From: Bacteroidales bacterium
GTDB lineage: Bacteria > Bacteroidota > Bacteroidia > Bacteroidales > UBA932
Assembly: GCA_017450165.1 (NCBI GenBank)
Contig: JAFSWO010000105.1
Location: forward strand, 13,131 to 77,130
Direction of reading: 5' to 3'
Length of the DNA: 64,000 nucleotides
Part shown: piece by piece, positions 53,441 through 63,800 of the stretch
Numbering within the stretch: the first letter of the stretch is position 1
How the letters are laid out: each line of letters starts with the position of its first letter
Notes under the pieces: generated by a model
What the model was told of the DNA's origin: nothing
The model's input: the letters and a program-made list of their open reading frames with translations, nothing else
The model's database searches: none
Position numbers and translations under genes: made by a program

Positions 53441-54388
53441 ATGAAAAAGATTTTTGCAGCACTTCTGATGACGCTTTGCATGGCCGGTGTCGCTGTCGCT
53501 CAGGACATGGCGCAGGCAACCGAACTCGCAAAGCAGGCAAACGAATCCCTCGTGAACGGTGACAACGAAGCAGCGCTCGCCGGCTTCCGTCAGGCACTCG
53601 AGCAGGCATCTCTCTGCGGTGAAGAGGGCTTTGATCTCGTAACCACCTGCAAGAGCGTGATTCCCAAGATCCTGCTCAACCAGGCAAAAGCCAGCATCGC
53701 CGCCAATGAATTCGACGCAGCTGTAGAAAAACTGAAGGAGACGGCTTCCGTCGCCACCGAATACGAACAGGTCGACGCCGCTGAAGAAGCAAACGCGCTG
53801 GTTCCCCAGGTTCTGCTCCAGAAAGCAAACCAGCTGCTCAACGCCAAAGATTATAATGGTGCCGTTTCCGCTTACAAGGATGTGCTTGACGTAGATCCCG
53901 CAAACGGCAATGCTTACCTGCGCATGGGTATGGCTTACAACGGAATGAACAACCTCGACAGCGCAATCGACGCATTCGACAAGGCGCTCGAGAACACGCC
54001 GGAAACCAGCCAGGGCGCTGTCAAGAAGCAGCTCTCCACCGCTTACCTGAAGAAGGCCAACGGCTTCTACAAGGCAAAACAGTGGAAAGAGGCGCTTGAG
54101 TTCGCTCAAAAATCCATCGAAAGCCAGGATAACGCAAACGCTGAAAAGATCGTGGGTAACGCAGCCAGCCAGTTGAAGCAGAACAAGATCGCTGCTGAGG
54201 CGTTCGAGGCTTACCTTACCATGAAGCCCAATGCTGCGGATAAGGTTCAGGTCACCTACCAGCTCGGTACGGTGCTGCAGGCTCTCGGCGACAAGGAGAA
54301 GGCTTGCGGCTACTTCAAGACCATCCAGGACGATCCTAAATTCGGCGAAGGCGCTCGTTATCAGATCACTCAGCTGAAATGCAACTAG
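53441..54388 (+). CDS. Secreted tetratricopeptide-repeat protein
   Basis: The start is trimmed to MKKIFAALLMTLCMAGVAVAQ. It has repeated A..Y/F..AL..P.N TPR-like helices, for example GAVSAYKDVLDVDPANGNAYLRMGMAY. Confidence 0.8.
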   Translation: MKKIFAALLMTLCMAGVAVAQDMAQATELAKQANESLVNGDNEAALAGFRQALEQASLCGEEGFDLVTTCKSVIPKILLNQAKASIAANEFDAAVEKLKETASVATEYEQVDAAEEANALVPQVLLQKANQLLNAKDYNGAVSAYKDVLDVDPANGNAYLRMGMAYNGMNNLDSAIDAFDKALENTPETSQGAVKKQLSTAYLKKANGFYKAKQWKEALEFAQKSIESQDNANAEKIVGNAASQLKQNKIAAEAFEAYLTMKPNAADKVQVTYQLGTVLQALGDKEKACGYFKTIQDDPKFGEGARYQITQLKCN

Positions 54389-56421
54389 AGCTCCGGGCTC
54401 CTGCCGGAAACAGAGACATCGGCATCGCGGCAATTGACTGCGGTGCCGATGCCGTCTATATCGCAGGCCCCCGCTTCGGTGCCCGGCAAGCCGCCGGCAA
54501 TCCCGTTGCGGAGATCGGCGAGCTGGCCCGCTATGCCCATCGCTACAATGCGCGCGTCTATGCCGTCGTCAACACCATCCTGTTCGACGACGAACTGGAG
54601 GCTGCGCGCCGGCAGATGGTGGAGCTGGCCGAGGCAGGAGTGGATGCCTTTATCATTCAAGATCTTGGGCTGCTCAAGCTGGACCTGCCGGCGCTGCCCC
54701 TGTTTGCCTCAACCCAGACGGTAATCCGCACGCCGGAAGAGGCGCGGCGGCTGGAGGCGCTGGGCTTTCAGCGGCTGATTCTCGAGCGACAGATCTCGCT
54801 GGACCAGATCCGCGCCATCCGCTCCGCCGTGCAATGCGAGCTGGAGTTTTTCGTGCACGGTGCGCTCTGCGTCTCGTACAGCGGACAGTGTTATCTCAGT
54901 CAGGCCTTGACGGGCCGGAGTGCAAACCGCGGGACTTGCGTCCAGGCGTGCCGGTCACTTTATGACCTGGTGGATGCCGACGGCCATGTCCTGCTGCACG
55001 ATCGTAGTTTGCTCTCCCTGAAGGACTTTCGGCTGGACGACCGGCTGGGGGACCTGATTGCGGCGGGCATCTCCTCCTTCAAAATCGAGGGGCGTTTGAA
55101 GAACGCTTCCTATGTAAAGAACGTGGTGCGGCACTACCGCGCGCGGATTGATGCGTGGCTGGAGAAGGCGGCGAAGGGAGCGGCAACAGCCGATGGCTCG
55201 GCGGCGAGCTACACGCGCGCTTCGGCCGGACGGATCGTCGGCGGATTCACGCCCGACATCGATGCCACCTTCAACCGAGGCTATACCACGGCCTTTCTGG
55301 ATGGCCGGCGCGGGGCCTGGAACTCGGTGGACGCGGCCAAGTCGCTTGGCGCCTACCTGGGCACGATCACCGCAATCGACGGCAACACCATTACCATTGA
55401 CACCGATCGGGTTCTGGCAGCCGGTGACGGTCTGGCTTTCGTACCCCGCGAAGGGGCATCCGGCATCCGCGGCGGTGAGTTGACCGGCATGCGCATTGAG
55501 TCGGTGTTCGGGAGAACTTCGGCGAACGGCTCTCCGGCGAGTTCTGGATTGCGAATCCGCCTGAAGAGCACCGCCGGACTGTATCGCGGCCAAAAAGTCT
55601 ACCGCAATCTGGACAGCGCCCTTGAACGGGAGCTGGAACGCAATATGCCACGGCGTCTGATAGATGCTGTGATCGATTACCGGTCTTTCGGCGGTACGAC
55701 CACCTTTACAGCTACAGCCGAGGATGGACGTCGGGCGGAGGTTTCCATTGCAGAGACGGCCGATGTTGCGCGCAACGCTGAAACCGCGCTGGAGAGTCTC
55801 CGGAGCCAGCTTTCCAAGACCAGCGAGCCGTATCGGTTCACGCTGGGAACGGTGGAGAGCGACGCCGTCTATTTCTACCCGGCCGCCTTCCTCAACGGCA
55901 TCCGCCGCGACCTCGCCGAGCGGCTGGCCGCGAGAAGTACCGGGAGAAACGCCGGGGAAAATGCCGGGGAAAGCGCTAGGGAAAGCGCCGGGATGGGGGT
56001 CCCCGAGAATGGCTTGGCAGACAATCCATTGATTCACAGCAAAATACGCAAAGTGCTACCCCTCCCGGAAGGGGGTAGCGGTTTGAACAACTCGCTAAAT
56101 ATCAACAAGTTAAGTGCCAAAGCAAAACTGGACTACCGGGCAAACTGCGCGAATCATCTGGCGCGGGAGGTGCTGACGGAGATGGGCGCGGAGACGGTGG
56201 CGCCGGCCTATGAGCTGGAGGCTCCGCGCGGCGCCGAAGTGATGCGCAGTCGTTACTGCATCAAATATGAGTTGGGACTCTGTCCTAAGTGTCAATCCGG
56301 TGACCGTCTGGGGGGAGTCACTTCGGGGACGCTGCGGGAACCGCTCTATCTGGAGAACAATGGGCGGCGGCTCCAGTTGAAATTCGATTGCAAGAATTGC
56401 GAAATGGTTGTACTTTTGTAG
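54379..56421 (+). CDS. Peptidase U32 family protein, long form with a C-terminal extension
   Basis: It begins LELRAPAGNRDIGIAAIDCGADAVYIAG..FGAR and contains EFFVHGALCVSYSGQCYLS and FKIEGRLK. It overlaps the TPR gene by 10 nt. Confidence 0.9.
   Translation: MQLELRAPAGNRDIGIAAIDCGADAVYIAGPRFGARQAAGNPVAEIGELARYAHRYNARVYAVVNTILFDDELEAARRQMVELAEAGVDAFIIQDLGLLKLDLPALPLFASTQTVIRTPEEARRLEALGFQRLILERQISLDQIRAIRSAVQCELEFFVHGALCVSYSGQCYLSQALTGRSANRGTCVQACRSLYDLVDADGHVLLHDRSLLSLKDFRLDDRLGDLIAAGISSFKIEGRLKNASYVKNVVRHYRARIDAWLEKAAKGAATADGSAASYTRASAGRIVGGFTPDIDATFNRGYTTAFLDGRRGAWNSVDAAKSLGAYLGTITAIDGNTITIDTDRVLAAGDGLAFVPREGASGIRGGELTGMRIESVFGRTSANGSPASSGLRIRLKSTAGLYRGQKVYRNLDSALERELERNMPRRLIDAVIDYRSFGGTTTFTATAEDGRRAEVSIAETADVARNAETALESLRSQLSKTSEPYRFTLGTVESDAVYFYPAAFLNGIRRDLAERLAARSTGRNAGENAGESARESAGMGVPENGLADNPLIHSKIRKVLPLPEGGSGLNNSLNINKLSAKAKLDYRANCANHLAREVLTEMGAETVAPAYELEAPRGAEVMRSRYCIKYELGLCPKCQSGDRLGGVTSGTLREPLYLENNGRRLQLKFDCKNCEMVVLL
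55939..55998 (+). repeat. In-frame 12-nt tandem repeat (5 units) inside the U32 gene
   Basis: The units read accgggagaaac gccggggaaaat gccggggaaagc gctagggaaagc gccgggatgggg and encode TGRN AGEN AGES ARES AGMG. Confidence 0.8.
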
Positions 56422-56424
56422 GTC

Positions 56425-57555
56425 ATGAAGTTTCAGGACATCATAGGAAACAACGAGTTGAAGCGGCTGCTCCCGCAAATGGTGCGGGAGGGACGGCTGC
56501 CGCACGCAGTGCTCTTCACCGAGGAGGGCTGCTGGGGCGCGATGGCCTTTGCCCTGGCGCTGGCGCAGTATGTGAACTGCGAGCGGAACACGGCTCCGGA
56601 GTCGACCCCGTCGTTGTTCGGCGCTGGGACCGCAGCGGACGAGAGTCGGCGGGAACTTGGGGAGGCAGTCCCCGGAATAGAGGATTCCTGCGGCGTCTGT
56701 GATTCCTGTCACAAGTATGGCAAACTGATTCATCCGGACCTGCACTTTGTCTTTCCGGTGAGCGCGGGCAAGGGGCTCAGCGAGTCTGAGAAGAAGGCGC
56801 CGATTTCCGACTATTTCCTTACTCCATGGCGCGAACTGGTCCTGCGCAAGCCCTATTTCTCCGAGCAGGAGCTCTACGACGCGATCGGCATCGAGAACAA
56901 GAGCGGCATCATCACCGTCAACGAAGCCAAACGCATCATCGAGAAACTCTCCCTCCGCGCATTCGAAGGCGAGTACAAGACGATGATCATCTACCTGCCG
57001 GAGCGCATGAATATCGACGCGGCAAACAAACTTCTCAAACTGATTGAGGAGCCACCGCTCGGCACCCTTTTCCTGCTGGTGTCGCACAACCCGGAACGCA
57101 TCCTCCAGACGATCCGTTCCCGTTGCCAGCGCATCCAGCTCAAACCCCTCAGCCGCGAGGAACGCAAGGCCGCCGGCCTCACCTCCACTGCGAATCCTGA
57201 ATTCAGCGAGATCCTGCAGCACCTGCTCACCGTATCGCTGGAAAAGAAACTCATCGACACCTTCCCCCTTTGGGAATCCCTCTCCGAGATGGGACGTGAA
57301 CGGCAGCGTGACTGGTGTCTCTACGCTGAACAATATATTCGAACAATCTACCTGGTTGCCTCTGGACTTGAGGAACTTGCAGAGACCAAACCCGACGGGG
57401 CGGAGCGCATTCGCGACTTCGCGCATCGACTCAATCCCGGTTTCTACGAGAAGGCCTTCAAGGCCCTGGAAGGGGTGCTTTCCGCCGTTGACAGCAATGT
57501 CAACCCCAAGCTCACCTTCTGCAACCTGGCCAATATCTTCCAAGTAATCGCCTGA
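56425..57555 (+). CDS. holB: DNA polymerase III delta' subunit
   Basis: It contains GRLPHAVLF, CGVCDSCHKYGKLIHPDLHFVFP, ANKLLKLIEEPP and SRCQ. An extra segment of about 30 aa sits before the Zn-module Cys cluster. Confidence 0.88.
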   Translation: MKFQDIIGNNELKRLLPQMVREGRLPHAVLFTEEGCWGAMAFALALAQYVNCERNTAPESTPSLFGAGTAADESRRELGEAVPGIEDSCGVCDSCHKYGKLIHPDLHFVFPVSAGKGLSESEKKAPISDYFLTPWRELVLRKPYFSEQELYDAIGIENKSGIITVNEAKRIIEKLSLRAFEGEYKTMIIYLPERMNIDAANKLLKLIEEPPLGTLFLLVSHNPERILQTIRSRCQRIQLKPLSREERKAAGLTSTANPEFSEILQHLLTVSLEKKLIDTFPLWESLSEMGRERQRDWCLYAEQYIRTIYLVASGLEELAETKPDGAERIRDFAHRLNPGFYEKAFKALEGVLSAVDSNVNPKLTFCNLANIFQVIA

Positions 57556-57557
57556 CT

Positions 57558-58748
57558 ATGATCATAAAAGAACCCGGGGCAAAAGGATTTGACTGCGCGA
57601 GAGGCTGTAATGTGGACCGCACGCCCAACGGAACGCTCGATATCAACTACGACCAAAGCTGCTGCAAACTGGCCACCTTCAACTGGCTGGAAGGGATCCC
57701 TCAAGATGAATACCGCAACCTCTACGAGGTTCGCTTCAAGAATACCCGCAAGATTATCTTCCGCAACGAATCGGGACAGGTCATCAAGACCGGCGATATC
57801 GTGGTGGTAGAGGCCCAGAACGGCCATGACGTAGGAATCGTCACGCTGGAAGGCCCCCTCGTCGTGCACCAGCTGCGCCGCCACAATATCGATCCCAAGA
57901 CCTACGAATTCCGCAAGATTTACCGCCGTGCCAAGATTCTGGATATCGAGCGCTGGCAGGAGGCTATCGCCCGCGAACAGGCGGTGATGATCCGCTCCCG
58001 GCAGCTCGCCGCGCGGCTCGGCCTCAACATGAAAATCGGCGACGTGGAGTTCCAGGGCGACGGCACCAAGGCCATCTTCTACTACATCGCCGACGCCCGC
58101 GTGGACTTCCGCCAACTCATCAAAGACTTCGCGGCTGAGTTCGGCATCAAGGTGGAGATGAAGCAGATCGGCGCACGCCAGGAGGCTGGTCTGATTGGCG
58201 GTCTGGGCGTCTGCGGACGGGCCCTCTGTTGCTCGGGTTATATGTCTGAGTTCCAGTCCATCACCACTGCGGCAGCACGCGCACAGGATCTTTCACTCAA
58301 CCCGCAGAAGCTGGCTGGCCAGTGCAGCAAACTGAAATGCTGCATCAACTACGAAGCATCGGTCTACGTGGATGCCAACAAGCGGATGGCGACGGTTCAC
58401 GAACCGCTCGAATTTGAAGACGGACCGGCCTGGCTGGTCAAGACCGACGCGCTGCGCGGCCTGCTCTGGTTCTCGTACGACAAAGACAACCTGGCCAAGA
58501 TTTGGCCGCTCACATCCGTGCAGGTGCGCGAGATTCAGGAGCTGAACAAGAAAGGCATCAAGCCCGCTTCGCTGATGGACGACGGCAAGAACGAAGGTCC
58601 GGAGTTCGTGAGCGCCGTGGGAGACGACAGCATCTCCCGCTTTGACGAGAAGAAGCGTCACAAAGGCCATCGTGGCGGCAAGCATCGCCACGGCCGTGGC
58701 GGAAACGGCGGTGGCAACAACGGCTCCAACGGCAACGCCGCCCAGTAA
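57558..58748 (+). CDS. PSP1 domain protein (RicT/YaaT-like) with a Gly/Arg/His/Asn-rich tail
   Basis: The holB-adjacent position is conserved. It contains YEVRFKNTRKIIF..GDIVVVEAQNGHDVGIV, GVCGRALCCSGYM and KLKCCINYE. Confidence 0.85.
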   Translation: MIIKEPGAKGFDCARGCNVDRTPNGTLDINYDQSCCKLATFNWLEGIPQDEYRNLYEVRFKNTRKIIFRNESGQVIKTGDIVVVEAQNGHDVGIVTLEGPLVVHQLRRHNIDPKTYEFRKIYRRAKILDIERWQEAIAREQAVMIRSRQLAARLGLNMKIGDVEFQGDGTKAIFYYIADARVDFRQLIKDFAAEFGIKVEMKQIGARQEAGLIGGLGVCGRALCCSGYMSEFQSITTAAARAQDLSLNPQKLAGQCSKLKCCINYEASVYVDANKRMATVHEPLEFEDGPAWLVKTDALRGLLWFSYDKDNLAKIWPLTSVQVREIQELNKKGIKPASLMDDGKNEGPEFVSAVGDDSISRFDEKKRHKGHRGGKHRHGRGGNGGGNNGSNGNAAQ

Positions 58749-58750
58749 TC

Positions 58751-59491
58751 ATGGGATCCAAAGACAAACTCAAACGGTTCGCGGAGAACGAAACCTTCGC
58801 CTGCCTGCTGCAACCACGCACGGCAGAGGTGCTGAATACCAATCATCCCATTAAGGGGCACTGGGGCGCCCAGATGTTCCACAATGACAACCCTATCGTG
58901 CTGGAGCTGGGCTGCGGCAAAGGGGAGTATACGGTGGCGCTGGCTGAGAAGTTCCCGGAGCGCAACTTCATAGGTATCGACATCAAGGGCGCACGCCTCT
59001 GGAAAGGGGCCAAATACGCCACGGAAAACGCTTTGCCAAACGTGGCCTTCATCCGCACCCGGATTGAGTTTATAACGTCTCTATTTGCCTCGGGAGAGGT
59101 GTCCGAAATCTGGATCACCTTCGCCGACCCGCAGGAGAAAAAGGCTCGCAAGCGGCTCACCGCCCCGGGTTTCCTCAACCGCTACAACCAGATTTTGGCC
59201 GAAGGCGGCATCATCCATCTCAAGACTGACAGCCGGCTGCTGCATAACTACACCCTGCAGGTGGCGACGGTCAACGACCTCCCCGTCCTAATGCATGACG
59301 AGGACATCTACGGCCACGGCCTGGCCAATGAACTGCTCTCCATCAAGACCTTCTACGAGCAGAGCTTCCTGGCCAAGGGAATTCCCATCACCTATCTGGC
59401 TTTCCGACCGGGCACAAAAAAACCGCTCGTAGAGCCTGATTGGGATCAGACGCCCTACGAGCAGTCTTACAAAACTTCTACGCGAAATTAG
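58751..59491 (+). CDS. trmB: tRNA (guanine46-N7)-methyltransferase
   Basis: It contains LELGCGKGEYTVALA, FIGIDIKGARLW, WITFADPQ and HLKTDS. Confidence 0.92.
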   Translation: MGSKDKLKRFAENETFACLLQPRTAEVLNTNHPIKGHWGAQMFHNDNPIVLELGCGKGEYTVALAEKFPERNFIGIDIKGARLWKGAKYATENALPNVAFIRTRIEFITSLFASGEVSEIWITFADPQEKKARKRLTAPGFLNRYNQILAEGGIIHLKTDSRLLHNYTLQVATVNDLPVLMHDEDIYGHGLANELLSIKTFYEQSFLAKGIPITYLAFRPGTKKPLVEPDWDQTPYEQSYKTSTRN

Positions 59492-60135
59492 AACTTGAGA
59501 GCGAGGGAAACGCAGAAGGTTGCCTCAGAAATCTGGTAGCCTTCTTTGTCTTTGTAGTTGTCAGCAACTTCTTTCCAGCTCTTGAATTCGCCGAATCCCC
59601 AGTTGTATTTAGCGGTAACCTGGACGAACGAGAAGAGTTCCACACCAACACCGATGCCAATACCGTAGTCGAACTTAGCGTCCTTGGCCTTCTGGATAAC
59701 ATCCTGATAGGTCACCTCAGCCTGTTCGGCACCTTCACCCGTCACAGCCTGCGAGAGGTTGTAAGCGAAGTAAGGAGCTGCAAAAACGAACGGCTTGACA
59801 ACGAGCAGGTCGATACCCCACTGTGCAGCTACTGCGAGCTGAACGGTGTTCATCTTGAGGTTCGAAGTGTCATCGAGCGAAGAACTGTTTACCTGATAGA
59901 GGAGTTCCGGCTGCAGGGAGAAGCCAAGGAGGCTACCCGTCTGGAAACCGATACCTGCATGGTAACCAGCAAAATTCTTGTAGTCAAAGTTCTTGATGTC
60001 TTTCAGATCCTCTTTATAGTTAAAATCCGAATAGTTGACACCTGCCTTGACAATGAGACCGCCGCCTGCGTTTGCAGTTGCGCATACTGCAAACAACATC
60101 ACGAACGATGCAAACAAAACAGAAACTTTTTTCAT
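59488..60135 (-). CDS. Small outer-membrane beta-barrel (porin-family) protein
   Basis: It has a signal peptide, alternating beta-strand pattern and a C-terminal ..SLALKF. It overlaps the trmB stop by 4 nt in convergent orientation. Confidence 0.75.
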   Translation of the reverse strand: MKKVSVLFASFVMLFAVCATANAGGGLIVKAGVNYSDFNYKEDLKDIKNFDYKNFAGYHAGIGFQTGSLLGFSLQPELLYQVNSSSLDDTSNLKMNTVQLAVAAQWGIDLLVVKPFVFAAPYFAYNLSQAVTGEGAEQAEVTYQDVIQKAKDAKFDYGIGIGVGVELFSFVQVTAKYNWGFGEFKSWKEVADNYKDKEGYQISEATFCVSLALKF

Positions 60136-60146
60136 AATATTATGGT

Positions 60147-60464
60147 TTAAAAAAGGTTATTAATCTTTGCTTCGAGCTCCGGCTTGGGGAGTGCGCCCAC
60201 CGTACGGTCCACCAGTTCGCCATTCTTGAAGAAGAGCAGCGTGGGGATGTTGCGGATGCCATAACGGGAAGGAACCTCCGCTGCATCGTCCACATTGCAC
60301 TTCGCTACAGTGAGGCGGCCGTCAAACTTTTCAGCCATCTCATCTACGAGCGGAGAGAGCATCCGGCACGGGCCGCACCAGACTGCCCAGAAGTCTACCA
60401 TCACCGGGGTCTTCGCAGCTGCGAGAACCTCGTCAAAATTCTTATCGTTTACCTCAATTACCAT
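60147..60464 (-). CDS. trxA: Thioredoxin
   Basis: It contains VDFWAVWCGPCRMLSP and GIRNIPTLLFFKNGE. The start is trimmed to MVIEVNDKNF. Confidence 0.95.
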   Translation of the reverse strand: MVIEVNDKNFDEVLAAAKTPVMVDFWAVWCGPCRMLSPLVDEMAEKFDGRLTVAKCNVDDAAEVPSRYGIRNIPTLLFFKNGELVDRTVGALPKPELEAKINNLF

Positions 60465-60529
60465 AGTTTTCGATAATTTGTGAATGACGAAGGTAGGAAC
60501 ATTTTTCAATTATTACAAAAAAATCACGG

Positions 60530-60823
60530 TTATACGGATTTTTCGATGTTCCAGACGAAGGCCCGGACGCCCACTTCGCGGTTGCGGGCGTCGAGCTTGC
60601 GGACGGTGTCGAGAAGTTCATCCACGCGGTCGTCCGGAACCACCGTCAAAACGGCCGAATTCATCTCGGGCCAGGTATGGGTGCCCCGGTGCGGAGCGCC
60701 GGTTTCAGAGCCGCGGCCCTGCACATTTTCAAAGAAGGTGAAGCCGCGGTGGCCCAGCTCGTCGAGCATATACTCCACGCGGGAGGTGAAGGCCTGGTTG
60801 AAAACTATAAAAACGCTTTTCAT
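60530..60823 (-). CDS. Small PII/CutA-like transporter-associated protein, possibly the PG0541 family
   Basis: It is 97 aa with a beta-alpha-beta pattern (MKSVFIVFNQA...GFTFFENVQGRGSETG...AVLTVVPDD). It begins 4 nt downstream of the RND pump gene. Confidence 0.6.
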   Translation of the reverse strand: MKSVFIVFNQAFTSRVEYMLDELGHRGFTFFENVQGRGSETGAPHRGTHTWPEMNSAVLTVVPDDRVDELLDTVRKLDARNREVGVRAFVWNIEKSV

Positions 60824-60826
60824 GGC

Positions 60827-63800
60827 TTATTTGTCGTTCTTGGTGGGATCAATCTGCATGAAAATATAGGACTTGCGCTGTTTCTCCTCCTTGTCGCGCT
60901 CACCGTGACGGGAGAGGATGCCATAGACCACGGGGACGATGATCAGGGTCACGAAGGTCGAAACCAGCAGACCGCCAATGACGACGATGCCCAGCGGACG
61001 CCACATCTCGGAGCCTTCGCCCGTGCTGAGAGCCATCGGGAGCATACCGAGCAGCGTGGTGAAAGCGGTCATCAAGACCGGACGGAGACGCGAAGCTCCG
61101 GAAAGAGCGATGGCTTCGTTGAGGGCGTAACCCCTATCGCGCATCAGGTTGGTGTAATCCACCAGCACGATACCGTTCTTGACGGCGATACCGATCAGCA
61201 TCACCAGGCCGAGGGCGCCGATCATATCGAGCGTGGTTCCGGTGACCCAGAGGGCCAGAATCACGCCGGAAACGGCGAACGGCACGGAGAGCAGAATGAC
61301 GGCCGGTTTGGCCACCGACTCGAACTGGGAGGCAATCACGATATAGACGAGCAGCAGGATCAGCAAGCCCAGCAGCACGATGTCGCCGAAGGTCTTCTGC
61401 TGGTCCTCGTAGTCACCGGCAATGACCACCGTCACGCCCGAAGGGATGGCGGTCCTGTCGAGCAGCGCCTGGACCTCACCGGCCAGCTGGCCGAGCGACG
61501 TCTGGAACGGGGATACGGAGACCTTCAGGTAGCGCTGGCGGCTCTTCCGGTCGATGCTCTGCGGCGCCCAGTACTCCTCAACCGTTGCCACCTCGGAGAG
61601 CTTCACGCGGGCTCCGGTGGCGGTGGGAATGGTGAAGGCCTGGATGTCGGAGATGGAGTTGCGGTCCTCCTCCTTGAGGCGCACCACAATGTTGTATTCA
61701 TCGCCGTCCTCCTTGAGGAATCCGGCGGTAAAGCCGGCCACACGGTTGCGCATGTAGGTGGAAACCACCGATGCGCTCAGTCCGTGGCGGGCAATCTTTT
61801 CCTTGTCGAGGGTCACCTTCAGCTCGGGGCGGTCCTTGTCGCGGCTGATGGTGATGTTGCGGGCGCCGGCGATCTCTTCCGAAATGCGCTGCTTGAGTTC
61901 GTCGGCAAAGAGGCCCGTCTCGTCGAAGTCATAGCCGTAGATTTCCACATCCACCGTGGAGCCACCGCCCATACCCATACCGCCGCCGGACATGGCGTAT
62001 GCGGTGATAATCTCCGGATATTCAGCCATTTCGCGACGCAGGACCTCGGCAATTTCTTCGATGCCGCGGGAGCGTTCGTTTTTCTTGTTGCAGACCACCG
62101 TCATGGAAATCTTGTAGTTGGTGGTGGAGTTGAACATGGCGCCGATGCTGCTCTCGTCGTTGCTGCCGGCGGAGGTAGAAATGCGCTGAATTTCAGGCAC
62201 CAGCACCATGAAACGCTGCTCCAGCATGCGGGCCGTCTTGAGGGTCTCCTCGATCCGCGTGCCACGCTGCAGCTCGACCGTCACGTTGAGGCGGCCGTTG
62301 TCGCTCGACTGCATGAAGTCGGAACCGATGCGGCCGGTAAGGGCCGGGATGAGGGTCGCGGCGAAGAAGGCCAGCGCGATGAAAATCGTCAGCACCTTGT
62401 GCGTCAGGCACCAGCGCAGCAGGCGGGCATAGGCCGAATCGACCTTGTCCAGGATGGGTGTCACCACGCGCGCATAGAAGCCCATTCGGCCATTCACCTC
62501 TACCACTTTTCCATCCACCACCTCCACTTTGCGACCCTTGAGAATCTTGGAGCAAAGCATCGGGATCAGCGAAATAGCCGTGATGGTCGATGTCGAAACC
62601 ACGATGGTTACGATCCAGCCGAGTTCCTTGAAAAGGATGCCGGCCATGCCGGTGAGCATGGTCAGCGGGATGAAGACGGCCGCGATAACCAGCGTCGTGG
62701 CAATCACGGAGGTCCACACCTCATTGGTGGCGTAGATGGCCGCCTCGCGCGGGGAGGAGCCACGGTCGATATGCTTTTTGATATTCTCCAGCACCACGAT
62801 GGCATCGTCCACCACCATACCGATTGCCACGGTCAGTGCGGAGAGCGAGATGATGTTCAGCGAACTGTTCGCCAGGGCCAGGTAAATGAAGGAGACGATC
62901 AGCGAGATCGGGATCGTGATGCCGATGATGAGCGTAGCGCGCCAGTCTCCCAGGAAGAAGAAGACCACCAGTACCACGAAAAGTAGTGCATAGAGGATGG
63001 ATTCCGCCAGGGAATTGATGGAACCCTGGATGTCTTCGGAAGAGTCGTAGATCAGGTTGATCTGCACGTCGGAGGGAAGCCGCTTCTGCAGTTTGGCCAG
63101 CTCGTGGCGCACATCGCGGCAGATCTGCACCGTGTTGGCGCCGGACTGCTTGGTGACCATCAGGCGGACGGCGTCGCTGCCGTTGAGTTTTTCGTCGAGC
63201 GAGAGATCCTTGATCGTGTCACGCACCGCAGCCAGGTCGCGGACGTAGATCTGCTGGCCGGTAGGCATCGTAGCCACCACCACGTCTGCAATTTCCGAAC
63301 TCTGACCATACTCGCCCCTCACCTGCATCTGGTATTGCTGCCGGTCCATCTTCACGGTACCGGAAGAGAGGTTCAGGTTGTTGGCGGCCACGGCGTTGGC
63401 CACCTGTTCCAGCGTCAGGCCGTAGGCGTCGAGGCGGGCCTGGTCCAGGTCGATATAGACATAGCGGTCCGGGGCGCCCGAAATGGAGACCGTACCGATA
63501 CCATTGATGCGGTTCAGCTGCGGAACCACCTCGTCATCCAGAATCTTTTCCAGGCCGGGATAGCTCTCGCGGGCCGTCACGCCGTACTGGATGACCGGCA
63601 TCAGGTTGGAGTTCAGCTTGAAAATCATAGGGCTGGAGCAACCGTCGGGCAGGTTGTTCTTGGCCATATCGATATACGAGCGGATGTCATTGGTCGCCTC
63701 GTCCATGTTGGAGCCCCACTCCATTTCGAGCGAGACCACCGACATATTGTCCCTCGAGGAGGAGGTCATCTCCTTGAGGCCGTCCACCGAGGTCAGGGAG

